From contig OZ024741.1 of NCBI GenBank assembly GCA_964016885.1, positions 311,178,001 through 311,242,000 on the forward strand: a stretch of 64,000 nucleotides of DNA. Reading direction: 5' to 3'. A model generated the notes under the pieces. The model did no database searches, was not told the DNA's origin, and saw nothing but the letters and a program-made list of their open reading frames with translations. Source of the stretch: Eledone cirrhosa. Taxonomy: Eukaryota. The position numbers and the translations under genes are program-made. Position 1 is the stretch's first letter. The number at the start of each line of letters is the position of its first letter. This document shows positions 40,698 through 55,918 of the stretch, in pieces.

Positions 40698-41118
40698 CCT
40701 TGTCTGGCTTTCTGCAGAATAGAGGAAAGGTGTTTCCTCAAAAACCAGTATGACTATAAAAACCGGTTTGTCTGTGTGTTTACATACAGAATAGCTGGCC
40801 ACTCACAGTAAAGTGACCAGTGAAAAAACTTGGTACATCTACATATGTATACGTGTGTGTATTCATATACATACTAGTATTTCAGTATACATATATGGAT
40901 GTACATCTTTAACTTAATTGTTTAAGCGTCAGTCATACAAAAGTGAGTTACAAACGAAACGAAATTTAATTTCGTTTCGTTATTTGTTTTATCGTCTCCG
41001 TTGAACCGGTACTTACTCACACTCTATGCAAATTAGTCTGCCCACTACTAATTTTCATAGAAAAAGCATATAACGATATGTGCTTTTACGATTCTCTAGA
41101 AAGGCCGGAAGATAGGTA

Positions 41119-41163
41119 AATATTGCTGATGAGTTGTAACAACAACGAAACTAGTTCAATATT
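41119..41163 (+). ncRNA. Minimal type I hammerhead ribozyme (next tandem copy)
   Basis: Identical to 40653-40697, 466 bp downstream. Confidence 0.85.
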
Positions 41164-44100
41164 CCTTGTCTGGCTTTCTGGAGAATAGAGGAAAGGTGTT
41201 TCCTCAGAAACCAGTATGACTCTAAAAACCGGTTTGTCTGTGTGTTTACATACAGAATAGCTGGCCACTCACAGTAAAGTGACCAGTGAAGAAACTTGGT
41301 ACATCTACATATGTATACGTGTGTGTATTCATATACATACTAGTATTTCAGTATACATATATGGATGTACATCTTTAACTTAATTGTTTAAGCGTCAGTC
41401 ATACAAAAGTGAGTTACAAACGAAACGAAATTTAATTTCGTTTCGTTATTTGTTTTAATGATTTATTTAATTGTCATAAAATGGCAAAAATCAATCCCTC
41501 CATTGGCTATATGAACAGAATGAATCTACACTGGGACAAAATACACCAAGAACTAAATTATTTCACAGCGAAACAATTACGCCAACAAGTGACGTTTGTT
41601 GAACGTAAAAATAAGATAAATCATATTAATTGTAAGCCTATACAAACATGCTATCAACAACACGTGCTACCGGTCGCCATGCTACTAGACTTCCTAGGAG
41701 CCAAGTCGAACAGCGCCTTGAAACAACTTTGCTGTAAGAAACGAAATCTTCCAGAGAGAAATTAAGTCATGTATAAATATCTCTCTGGCTGAACGTGTTA
41801 AAACGACAATGTTTAATAAAAAAACAAATAATGAAATACTACGTGTTATTGACGAAATAGGAGATGAATATTTACGACGGATGAAAACCCCAACATATTG
41901 GCAAATCAACGCCTGTTCATATGCCTTAGCAACGACAGTGAAGCATTATCTTGGTGATAGCAGGGAGATTAACAAGAACAGAACACCACCAAAATACCAT
42001 CATATATAACTAAAATAGAAAAAAAGATTGCTGACCTACGAAAACACAGGATATGTAACAATGCTCCTTACATGCAAACAAACACAAAAAAACCTCACTC
42101 CTCACCAACAAAGAGTGAAAAATAAAATAGAGACGATGTTTGGTAACAGTAGAACCAGAAATCTCCAATATAAGCTGATCACCCTCAAACAAGAATTGAG
42201 AGCTGTTAGCGAAAAACGCCGATACCTGAAGAAGGTAGATGAGAGAAAAATGCTCAATAAAAGATTCAGACGAAACCAAACATCAGAGTATAGAGATATG
42301 AAGGGCAAAATAATAAGTGTCACTGAGGCCCCATCCCAGAAAGACATAGATTCCTTTCGGAGCAAAATATGGGGTGAAAAGAAGAATTTCAACCAAGATG
42401 CAGTGTGGCTGAAAGAAATCTGAAAGAACTATTACTTCTACACTACAACAAAAGAATACGAAATAAGTGAGGGTACCCTTCAGACTGTGATAGGAAAACT
42501 CCAAGATAAGAAAACACCCGGAAGAGACATGATTGTCGGCTACTGGTACAAAAATCTGATATTCTATCGGAGGTATCTTACTGACCTCTACCAACAAGTT
42601 CTTAAGGGAGATACACTTATACCAGAATGTTTGACATTATCACAAACATTACTGGTCTCCAAGAACAAAGACACCCACTTGGCAAAAAAATACCGACCCA
42701 TTGCATGCCAGAACCTGATGTATAAGATGTATACAGCCTACTTGAATCTATTCCTCCAAGATCACTGTGAAAATAATAACATCATCACAGATGAACAAGC
42801 AGCTGGAAAGAAAGGGGTTTGGGGATGTGCTGAACAACTCCTAATCAACAAAACTGCGATGTCGGAGGTGCTACAACTTAGGAGGAATATAGCTAGAGTC
42901 TGGCTGGACTACAGGAAAGATTTATATTCTGTTCCGCACTCTTGGAAGATAGAGGCTCTCCAACTTGCTAAAGTCCCAGACATTATTGTCAGAGCTATAG
43001 AGAGGCTGTCTTCTTCTTGGGCTACTATCCTAATGTTAAAGACAGAGAGGGGGGACTCTATTTTCACTGATAGAATAAAATATTGCAGGGGTATATTTCA
43101 GGGGGACAGTCTCTGTGTGATATTATTCATCTTGTTATTAGACCCCCTGTCCTTTCTGCTCAAGAATAGTGAGGGATAGATCATTGGCCTAACTGTTTCA
43201 CCGTATCTGATGAGGACAGCTACAGATACCTGGGGATAGATGACAACATATCCTATAATCGTATCTGTAATAAAGAATGCGTAATCAGGGAATACTACAC
43301 CCGATTAAGAAGATCTGGTCATCGGAACTCCCTGAACAAAACAAAACAGTGTCTCACAATGTGTTTGCTGTGTCTGTCCTAACACCAACGTTTGGAATAC
43401 TCAATTGGACGATAGACGAAATCCGAGCAGTTGATATTGGAACTCGAAACATTCTAAAACACATTGGAAATGTTTACATCAACAGTGACACAGACCGCCT
43501 TTACTTGAAACGTAAGCAGGGAGTCAGAGGCCTAACATCAGTCCAGACAACATTTGAATGTCGCATCATATCTCTCCGACAACATCTACGAACCTCGAAG
43601 CGTAGGAACCCGTTTCTCAAGCAATTCTCTCTGCATGAAACAGATAAGATCATGAGAGTTGGGGGGGAACTCCTCGAGAGATATTCCCTGTGTGATAAAC
43701 AAAAACTCACACCCAGGGAAGTCGCTCAGCTGTATCACAATGAATCCATGGATGTGAAACTGCATACTTTTCAGCAAAAAAAATGTTTGGATATGTTGCC
43801 AGGAAGCTCCAAAGTGAGAGTTATATAGATAAGGAATTAGTCTATCTTGGATCAACAACCGCTATATTGGCTTCCACTTTGAAGAATACGCTTTTGCAAT
43901 CCAAGAACAGGAGATTAACACGAAATACCTGATTCACAAAAGAGATAGGGATGCAGGCAAAACACCTAGATGTGATAACAAGTGCAGACTATGCAGAATT
44001 AACATCGAGGATATCATCCATGTCATCAGCAGCTGCCCAAAGATGTCATCGCGGTACTATCTACCTATGAGGCATGATGCGGTGGACAAAACTCTGTACA

Positions 44101-44782
44101 ATGCAGTTCGTAAAAAAGATAGCCCTGATAATAAACACATTAAAAGCTACAGCAATGTGGAAGATATCCATGTACATAATATGAAAGAGTACTGGTGGAA
44201 TGTTCCAGTAAAAACCCCAATAACATGAAGGCATAACAGACCAGATATTATGATATGGGACAGGGAGAAGAAAGCATACACAGTAGTGGAAATTAGCTGC
44301 CCAGCAGGTGCCAATATAATATCAAACATTAGTGAAGTGGAGAATATTTATGCAAAACTGCTGATTACACCTTCAGATTTTTGCCTGTGATTATTGAGGT
44401 ACTGGGGTATGTTAGTAACTGCCTCAATACAAATCATCAGAAGCTAGGCTTCACAGGAACATAAAGAACACAACTAGTTAGGAAATTACAAGTACAATCC
44501 ATTAATGGAACAGTAAAAATATGTAAAACATTCCAAAAATGTTGCATCTAATAACTACATATACACATGTACAGATGCAAATCATATACACATGCACACA
44601 TACAACTCAAAACATCCACATCCACACATACGATAACACCCATATCTAGACATGCATGCATACATATCTACCTAGTTGATGTTGTGTAAATTCCAATGAG
44701 AGAGTCATGTGTCTATGTTAGAAACCGACTCTCTTTATTGGTAAAACTTTGTGAAATTATAAAACCAGAAGAACATACATAC

Positions 44783-47070
44783 AAGTGTTCAAGGGAGATA
44801 CACTTATACCAGATTGGTTGACATTACCACAAACAATACTGGTCGCCAAGAACAAGTACACCCACCTGGCAAAAATTAACCGACCCATTGCATGCCAGAC
44901 CCTGATGGATAAGGCGTATACAGCCTGCCTGAACCTATTCTTCCAAGATCCCTGTGAAAATAATGACATCATCACAGATGAACAAGCAGCCGGAAAGAAA
45001 AGGGTTTAGGGGTGTGTTGAACAATTCCTAATCAACAAAACAGCGATGTAGGAGGTGCGACAACTTAGGAGGAATAAGGCTACATTCTGGATGGGCTACA
45101 GGAAAGCTTTCGATTCTGCTCCTTTTTCTTGGGCTACTATCCTAAAGTTAAAGACAGAGAAGGAGGACTCTATTTTCACTGATAAAATAGAATATCACTG
45201 AGGTATATTTCAAGAAGACAGTCTGTATGTGATATTATTTATCCTGTCATTAAACCATTTGTCTTTCTGCTCAAGATATGTGAAGGATACATCATTGGCT
45301 CACAGGACGACAGAAATACGATCCTAACCAATAATTCCTTTCTGGATGGTCTGAAACTCTATGCCAAGAACATAGATGGGATGAAGAAAAATCTTGACCT
45401 GGTTACAACATTCTCATAGGATATAAGAATACGAATGGAGTTTAGTCAAGATAAATGTTCATATATGACGGTAAAGTAGGGAAAAACAACAACCCAATAT
45501 AGCAACATTGACATCAATGGCCTAACTGTTTCACCTATATCTGATGAGGAGTGTTACAGATACCTGGGGATAGATGAGAACATATCATATAATGGTATCT
45601 GTAATAAGGTACGTGTAACCAGGGAATATTACACCCGATTAAGTAACATATGGTCATCAGAACTCTCTGCGCACAATAAAATAGTGGCACACAATGTGTT
45701 TGCTGTGCCTGTCCCAACACCAACGTTTGGAATACTCAACTGACAATAGACGAAATCCGAGCAATTGATGTTAGCACTCGAAAAATACTAAACAACACCG
45801 GAAACTTCCAAATCAACAGTCACATAGACTGCCTTTACCTGAAACGTAAGCAGGGAGGCAGAGGCCTAACATCAGTCCAGACAGCATTTGAATGTCGCAT
45901 CATATATCCCTCCGACAACACCTACTAACCTCAAAGCGTAGGAGCCCGTCTCTCGAGCAAGTCTATCTGCATGAAACAGATAAGATCATGAGAGTTGGGA
46001 AGGATCTCCTCGAAAGATATTTCCTGTCTGATAAGGAGAAACTTACACCCAGGGAAGTCGCTAAGCAGTGTGGCAGTGAATCCATGGATGAAAAAGTGCA
46101 TACTTATCAGCAGAAAATCATGCAAGGAAGCTGCAGAAGGAGAGTAATATAGATAAACAAAGTAGTCTATCTTGGACCAACAACCGCTATATTGGCTACC
46201 ATTTTGAAGGATACGCTTTTGTAATCCAAGACCAGGAAATCAACACGAAAAGAGATAGGGATGCAGGCAAAAGACCTAGAAGTGATAACAAGTACAGGCT
46301 CTGCAGAATTAACATCGAAGATGTCACCCATCTCATAAGCAGCTGTCCAAAGAGGTCCTCGCGGTACTATCTACTTATGAGGCATGATGTAGTGGCCAAA
46401 GCACTGTACAATGCAATCAGTAGAAAAGATAACCCCGATAATAAACACACCAAAGGCTACACACAATGTGGACGACATACATATACATAATATGAAAGAG
46501 TACTTGTGGAATGTTCCTGTAAAAACCCCAGCAAAATGCAGGCACCACAGACCAGATATAATGATATGGGACAGGGAAAAGTAGGCAGGCACAGTAGGGA
46601 AAGTTAGTTGCTCAGCAGATGCCAATTTAATATGAAAGATTAGAAAAAAGGAGAAATCTGCTAATACTCCACCCTGATTATACCTTCAGATATATGCCTG
46701 TGATTATTGGGACACTGGGATATGTTAGTAACTGCCTCAATACAAATCTTGAGAAGCTGGTCTTCACAGGAACAGAAAGAAAACAACTAGTTAGGAAATT
46801 ACAAGTACAATCCATTAAAGGAACAATAAAAATATGTAAAACTTTCCAAAAACATTGAATCTAATAACTGCATACACGCCTGTATAGGTACAAAGCCTAT
46901 AGACATGCACACACATACAATAACATCCATACTTACACATGCCTGCAGACATGTATACATATTTACCTAGTTGATGTTGTGTAAATTGTCTAAAAGAGTC
47001 TTATAACTATGTTAGAAACAGCCTCTCTCAATGTTGGGAAACATTTGTGAAATTATAAAACCAGAAGAAC
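44783..47070 (+). mobile_element. Older 5'-truncated LINE family A copy
   Basis: Degenerate RT/RLE; ends ataaaaccagaagaac-atacat. Confidence 0.88.
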
Positions 47071-47724
47071 ATACATATATATATATATATCTAAATTATA
47101 ATAAAGTATGGCTGCGGGACTGCGAACGGTTTATTTCTGTTTATCCTGTTAGTAAAATAAGTTGGATTACTTTGAATAAATAATGAATGAATATTACATA
47201 ATTTATGTCCTAAAAACATAAATAATTTAAAATTGACTTCTTTTCAAATTTTCATTCACATTTCTACACTTTCTCTATAGCGTCGCCACCAACACTACTT
47301 CAACTACCATATATATAGAAAGAGAGAGTGTGTGATGAGAGAGATAGAGAGATTATGATTTTCTACACGCTGACGCGTATGACTGTGCACATACATACAT
47401 CTATATGTATGAGTATATAACTATTGAGAGTATATAATTATAATCGCGCAAACACAAACTTATGAAAAATACACGCTCACACGCATTCACACAAATACAC
47501 ATACATTCACACATACTTTCACACAAACATACATACATTTACACATATACATTTACACAAACACACACATGCAATCATTATAGCAACGTTCGGTGAAATG
47601 GAAATTGTAGGGTAAAACAAGTATAACGTTTTATTTATTCATTAAAACTTTACTTATTTATTAACTCTTTTTTTTTAAAAACTCATTTAATATAATGGTT
47701 ACAGAACGTAAACACTAACGAATA

Positions 47725-48071
47725 CAATTTTTTCTACTTTTGGCAGTGTATTACTATATCGACCCCGTAAGAATGAAAGGCAAAGTTAACCTCGGTGGGA
47801 ATTAAACTCATATCGTAAAGGGCCGTAACTCTATGCTGCAAAACGTGGCATCCGACCATCTACCGATACTGCCAATCCACAACCTTTTTAATAATTGTTT
47901 CTACTTTTGGCACAAGGCCAACAATTATCCCAGTGAATTACTGGTACTTTATTTTATCGACCCCGTAAGGATGAAAGGCAAAGTTAACCTCAACGGAATT
48001 TGAACTGAGGCCGTAAAGGGACTAAACTATGCTGGAAAGCATGGCATCCGACCCACTACCGATACTGCCAA
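47725..48071 (-). mobile_element. Two adjacent tRNA-derived SINEs
   Basis: About 47725-47880 (internally deleted) and 47890-48071; same family as 7168-7352. Confidence 0.8.
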
Positions 48072-48229
48072 TTCAATATAATATATACAAAGTAAAGGGA
48101 AAGGAAAAAAAGAAAGAGAAAAATTACACAAGTACGTAATACACACATCTTAGACGACATAGAACAAAATACAGGCGAAAGAGTGGGAAAAAATTAGCCG
48201 CTACCAGAGCAAAATATAGCATTGTAGCG

Positions 48230-48700
48230 ATGAGCACTGGGAAATCACTCTAATCATTTTTGAGGCAGGCCACCACGCTCGCACCGTTACCTGGGGTGAT
48301 GGCAACTGAGGTGCTGGAACATACAAGTGCCCTCACGAGCATCACCAGTTACTTCTGTTTGGCGAGCCGCCAGTGTGAGATAAGAATCTCGCTCTCACTA
48401 GCCAGACTTCTCCAAAAGTCTCGAACGCCACAGGCACGATAATGTAGTTAGCTGACAGAACACGATATTTTAGGATTTTGTTCCGTTCAGCTGCCGATGT
48501 TGTAGCTCTCGCCCTTACCGCATCCAGTATGTGGGAAGAAGCAAAAGAGTCAATAACTGTGACGTCCCAGGTAAGGCAACTGCCTCTTTACCAGAAGCAC
48601 AGAGTAAGACCGTCAGGTCTTTTCCCATCAATTCAGCACAACCCAGATGGTTCCAAAATTGATGGGATGTTTGCCCGGGCCAAAGCACTAAAGTGGTAAG
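48230..48700 (-). mobile_element. CRE-clade-like non-LTR element, RLE-domain remnant
   Basis: Hand translation gives [41 protein letters not shown]...IIVPVAFETFG. Confidence 0.7.
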
Positions 48701-48879
48701 AGGATAGCGTGTGTATGTGCGCGAGCGTGATTTTGTCGGCGTTCTTAAAGTAGAGACACGTGTGTGTGAGTCACTGTTTTTAATTTAGACATATATATGC
48801 GTTTATCACTTTCCTTCCTTTTACTCACACATACATTCACACAAACGCACAAACACATTGCATGATGGACGGGTGGACA

Positions 48880-49546
48880 GATGTCCCTCAAATTTATATA
48901 CATGTGAATGGAGTTCTACTGAAGCAGTTACAGAAACCCAAGTATCTTGGAGCCGTGTTCATGAGTGATGGAATGCAGGAGGCTGAATTAAGTGCAAGAA
49001 TTGCAAAAACTGATGCAGTAATGCGCCAGCCTCAACATTCAGCAATCAGAAGAAGGGGGTAGGTGTAAAAGCAAAACTCGATGTCTTCCTGGTATTCCTG
49101 CCAACTCTTACTGAGGATCATGAATCTTGAGTAATGACCAAAAGAATACAATTGCAAATAAAATGGCAGAAATGGGATTCCTCCGAAGGATTTTGGAGTA
49201 ACGTTACTCGATAAAGTGTATAGCTCAGAGACCAGAGAGTCACTCCTGGTAGAGCCGCTACCTCTCCGAATTGAGAGAGCACAACTCCGATATTATGAGC
49301 GTGTGGTTAGAATGTCTCAGTAAAGAATCGCTGGACACATTTTACAGGCAAAGTCAACCGGCAAGAGACCCAGAGGTAGAACCTGAGCAAGATAGTTGGA
49401 TAACACCCATGAGCTTGGCTGGTCACGCTTTGGGATCCAGCTGAATCGGTTAGAGATGTTTGCTACTGACAGCTTCGCTGGAAGGAGTGTTTGAGAAGGA
49501 CTCTGCCCCCACGACCCTCTCAGAAATAAGTGGGTGAAGAAGAAGA
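48880..49546 (+). mobile_element. RTE-clade LINE 3' fragment
   Basis: NGVLLKQLQKPKYLG..ELSARIAK..LLRIERAQLRY..GKRPRGR, ending in (GAA)n. Confidence 0.75.
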
Positions 49547-49715
49547 TATTTTCAATTTACCTTTCAATTTACGTATATCTATATGCACATATATTTGCGT
49601 ATAATACCAATATGCACACTACATTTGCTAGTAGAAAACCGCCCTTGCGGCGGTTTTTCTGCTGGTTTATATAATGTTAATATTAATATTTATAAATATG
49701 ATAAACGGGGGGTGG

Positions 49716-49893
49716 ATTGGCAGTATCGGTAGAGGGTCGGACGCCATGCTTTCCAGCATAGTTACGTCCCTTTACGATCTGAGATCAAATCCCGCCGATG
49801 TTGACTTTGCCTTTCATCCTTACGGTGTCGATAAAATAAAGTACCAGTAATGAACTGGGTAATTACTGTCCTTGTGCCTAAAGTAGAAACAAT
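49716..49893 (+). mobile_element. tRNA-derived SINE
   Basis: Same family as 7168-7352. Confidence 0.8.
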
Positions 49894-50397
49894 TAATATT
49901 ATAAATATAATATTAATGGTATACTGATTCACTGAATTATCTAAACTATCGGAAAAACTACTGTAATTTCCCCATAAAACAAAATAGGCAGAAGGTAAAA
50001 TATATCGCCATGTAATGCTGATACCCAGAGGATTAGGAATATTTAGGTTTTAAAATTACCGAGTATCAAATCACGGTGTGGTAGCATGTTGTTTACTAAT
50101 AAAACAGTTCACTTATATCGTTTTGTTAACTGAACATAAAATTTTACACATTGTACTTTGCACACATGCATTTTTATTTTACAACTATTTAGTATTTATT
50201 TCCATGTTTTATATTTTATGCAAATAAACAACGGCAAGCATATCTACGACTGGAGAGATGGTAATGCCTTATTTTTGGGGTGTCGTCTCAACCGGCGTAT
50301 ATTGGCCTAAACCTGAATTACAAATCCGAATTTGATGGGTCGACCTATGCAGCGGGTCAACTTTTACACCGGCATATACGACATATATATATAAATG

Positions 50398-50478
<81 letters not shown>

Positions 50479-50519
50479 CATATATATGTACATATGTGTG
50501 TGTGTGTGTGGGGGGGGTA

Positions 50520-50563
<44 letters not shown>

Positions 50564-51008
50564 GTAAGTACGTAACAATGTTATGATGATGTTCAACATA
50601 TCATTAATTACATACAGATATCAATGATACGATCTCATACCAAATTTTAAGATTAAGCTGGTCTTGTGATAAACAAATACACTTGCATATTTATTGAAGA
50701 TTATATCGATCCTCTATAAAATATACATGGATTTTTATTTCAGTTAAAAGCAATGTTAAAAAATATTATGAAAGAAACAAACTATATTATACGTAAAATA
50801 ACATTTATAATCCTTCCAAATCTTATCATATTCTAACAGTTACAACGATATGAAATAACGACATTCTAACATTTAAATAAACACACACATAAACACACAC
50901 ACATATAGATATATATATATAATATATAATATATAATGTATATATATAAATGCTTACATACACACATACAACCATACATACATACATACACACACACACA
51001 CAAACACG

Positions 51009-52887
<1,879 letters not shown>

Positions 52888-53298
52888 GACATAGAGAGAG
52901 AGATAATTAAAATGGTGGTTCTAACATAGTTTTATACATATGAGTATGTGTTGTTTGTATATTTAGCAATATGTGATATGTTTAGGTATAATAATAATAA
53001 ATAATTATAGGGTTTAAATATCACGTTTAATGTAGACATAGCTTCCACAGTACTAGAATTATTTCATTCAAAAGTAATCATCATAAAAGCCGATTACTGA
53101 TGATTTCTTTGAAAGAAACTACTCTAGTCCAGTAGAAGCGATTTATATATTAAACATCATATGTGCACACACACACACATATACACTCAGACACCACCCC
53201 TCCACCACCTCACACACAGACGCACACTCAGACACAATTATATATGTATTTGTGTGCGTGTGTGTGTTTATGTGTATAGTAAAAAGTATATGATATAC

Positions 53299-53433
53299 CT
53301 CCTTGGCAATTCACACCAATATAACCTGCAGCACATCCATCTGAACATGCTCCATCAAACATGTCACAGTTATTATTGTTGATACAATGGCATATCGAAT
53401 TACAACCAAAACCAAACCTTCCGACTGGGCAAT
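53299..53433 (-). CDS. EGF-like repeat exon (135 nt, phase 1-1)
   Basis: tttttag|AT ... AG|gtatat; DCPVGRFGFGCNSICHCINNNNCDMFDGACSDGCAAGYIGVNCQG. Flanks are paralogous to those of exon 23184-23318. Confidence 0.87.
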
Positions 53434-53765
53434 CTAAAAATATCAATATATATGATAATGTTTAATATTTCATTAATTACATACAGATATCAATGATACA
53501 ATTTGACATCAAATTTTAAGATTGAAGTGGTCTTGTGTTAAACAAATGAACTTGTATATTTATTGAATATTATATCGATCCTATATGAAATATATATGGA
53601 ATTTTAGTTCAGTTAAATGCAATGTTGAAAACATTCTGAATGAAACAAACAATATCATAAGTAAAATAACATATATAATCCTTCCAAATCTTACCATATT
53701 CTAACAGTGACCACGATATGTAATTGCGAGATTCTTATATTTAAATAAACACACACAAACACACA

Positions 53766-53830
<65 letters not shown>

Positions 53831-53888
53831 TGTATATGTATAAATGCATACATATACACATACACACACACATACATACATACCTACA

Positions 53889-54803
53889 TGGTGGCTGCCA
53901 ACTCGTTTTCGAGTACGGCCACTACGTTATATCCATGTAGGAGAACCCCTACCAATGCGCTGAACGAGTGTGACTTTTTAGTCCAGCCAGCGACTTGAAA
54001 ACTCTGGTACAAACAATACACCTGTGACAATTATTGACACATAGTGCTGGGCCCATGGTACCATGTGACGACAAGTGCAGAGAGTTCAGAGATCTCCAGA
54101 TATAAAGCAATGCCTGTGCCGTGAAGCTTTTATAGTGAGCAAAGGCACTGCACAAAGCCAGTCCCACTCTCTTAACCAATATAACATACCTACATACATA
54201 CATACATACATAGTGGCTGCCAACTCGTTTTCGAGTACGGCCACTACTTTATATCCATGTAGGAGAACTCCTACCGATGCGCTGAACGAGTGTGACATTT
54301 TAGTCCAGCTAGCCACTTGAAAACTCTGGTACAAACACTACACCTGTGACAATTATTGACACATAGTGCTGGGCCCATGGTTCCATGTGACGACAAGTGC
54401 AGAGAGATCTCCAGATATAAAGCAATGCCTGTGCCGTGAAGCTTTTATAGTGAGCAAAGGCACTGCACAAAGCCAGTCCCACTCTCTTGACCAAGATGAT
54501 ATTTACCAAAAAGAAGAACAAGTCAACATCATTGGATACCATCAGGGTTGCAGGTGTTATATCAGAGTTTTCCTTCTCCTAGAATTCTGCCTTTACAAAG
54601 GCTAAGGGGTCATCTCTCCCGGTGATTTTGGATGGCCATTGACTCTTTGACAGGTTTTGTTTTTAGTCCTGCAGGATGTCCAAAGTCACCCTCCTCACCA
54701 AGAAACCTTGGTGGGGTTGCCAGTTTAGTCGCCAACGACCCGACCATGAGACAGGTTGTACTGGGATACATGTTACCAGTAGCACCAACTGGTGACCTGA
54801 CAT
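53889..54803 (-). mobile_element. Two tandem family C RTE-like short elements
   Basis: 53889-54180 is partial and 54212-54803 is longer; separated by (CATA)n. Confidence 0.7.
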
Positions 54804-54844
54804 AAACATACATACATACATACATACATACATACATACATACA

Positions 54845-55373
54845 CGGAAAACAAAATTAACAACAAACGAGGAAGAATATATTGAGACAGATGGCACTAA
54901 GGAATACTGGTGGAACCTGAAAATAAAAACTGCCACCAAATTAAAGCACAACCGGCCTGATATTGTTGTTTGGGATCACACATTGAAAACGTGTTCTGTT
55001 GTGGAGATCAGCTGCCCATTTGATGTAAACGTTGTCAGAAAATTACAGGAGAAGGAGGACATCTACGGGCCATTGATGAGGAGTTTACAAATCCAGTATC
55101 CAAGATACATCTTTAGCTTCATACCCATCATTATTAGAGCTACGGGTTATATACCAACCCGCTTGGACCAAAGTATGACTGAACTTGGATTTGCGGACAA
55201 AAAGCGCAGCTGCCTAATTCATAGTCTACAAATGGCTGCGATAGCTGGCACCTTCAAAATTTGCAAAACATTCTTGCGATTCAAGGGATGACAATTTCTT
55301 TACTTTTACAACCTTGCCACCAGGAAGGTGGCCGGTCAAAAAAATTATACCCGAAATTAAGAGAAAGAGATTA
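54845..55373 (+). mobile_element. 3' fragment of LINE family B (RLE domain)
   Basis: Matches 38373-38898; (CATA)n on both sides. Confidence 0.88.
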
Positions 55374-55559
55374 CATACATATACATACATACATACATAC
55401 ATACATACATACATACATACATACATACATACAAATATACATACATATATAATATTAGTATTAATATTATTGTTATAACATTAATGGTATACTGATTCAC
55501 CGAATTATCTAAACTATCGGAAAAATTACGGTAATTTCCCCACGAAACAAAATAGGACG

Positions 55560-55918
55560 ATGGTGGACGGATTCTACACGAGAATTCTGAGGATGGCTTT
55601 GAACATTAATCAGTATACATTGAGGATGAAGAACTCAGAGCTGTACTGGAGCCTACCGAAAGTCAGCTCAAAAGTGACACAGAGGTTAGCTGGACATGGT
55701 CACTGATATGCAGAGTTGACATTGCACTCAGTGCACCTGTGGGAGCCCCTGCATAGGCACACTGGAAGAGGAAGACCGAAGTTACGATATAGACATGCCC
55801 TATGGACATACACTGCTCTGTTGGAGACGCAGGACATGGCAGCGATAATGAGGGACAGAGAACGCTGGAGAGAACACGTCCATGGATCAAGGGAATTTTA
55901 CCCGCCCTAGATAGATAG
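55560..55918 (+). mobile_element. RTE-clade LINE 3' fragment
   Basis: DGFYTRILRMALNI..LAGH..LWEP..GRGRP..MRDRERWREHV with a (TAGA)n tail. Confidence 0.7.

Larger units (their letters stand above)
39988..41456. mobile_element. Retrozyme-like insertion: 466-bp hammerhead-containing tandem unit in head-to-head fold-back
   Basis: Period of 466 bp (39988/40454; 40653/41119), an inversion point at about 40570-40615, and a 15-bp TSD taatgatttatttaa at 39975-39989 and 41456-41470. Confidence 0.82.
39418..44774 (+). mobile_element. LINE family A, second full-span copy, interrupted by a SINE and a retrozyme-like insertion
   Basis: Same 5' end (cagtcaacgcgatca) and 3' end (ataaaaccagaagaac) as 30472-34597, with internal deletions. 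Confidence 0.9.

Noticed and set aside
40101-41268. Three near-identical 60-aa ORFs (MASYSVCKH...)
   Set aside because: They start at GTG and lie antisense to the hammerhead strand of the 466-bp repeat; their identity reflects recent duplication, not coding constraint.
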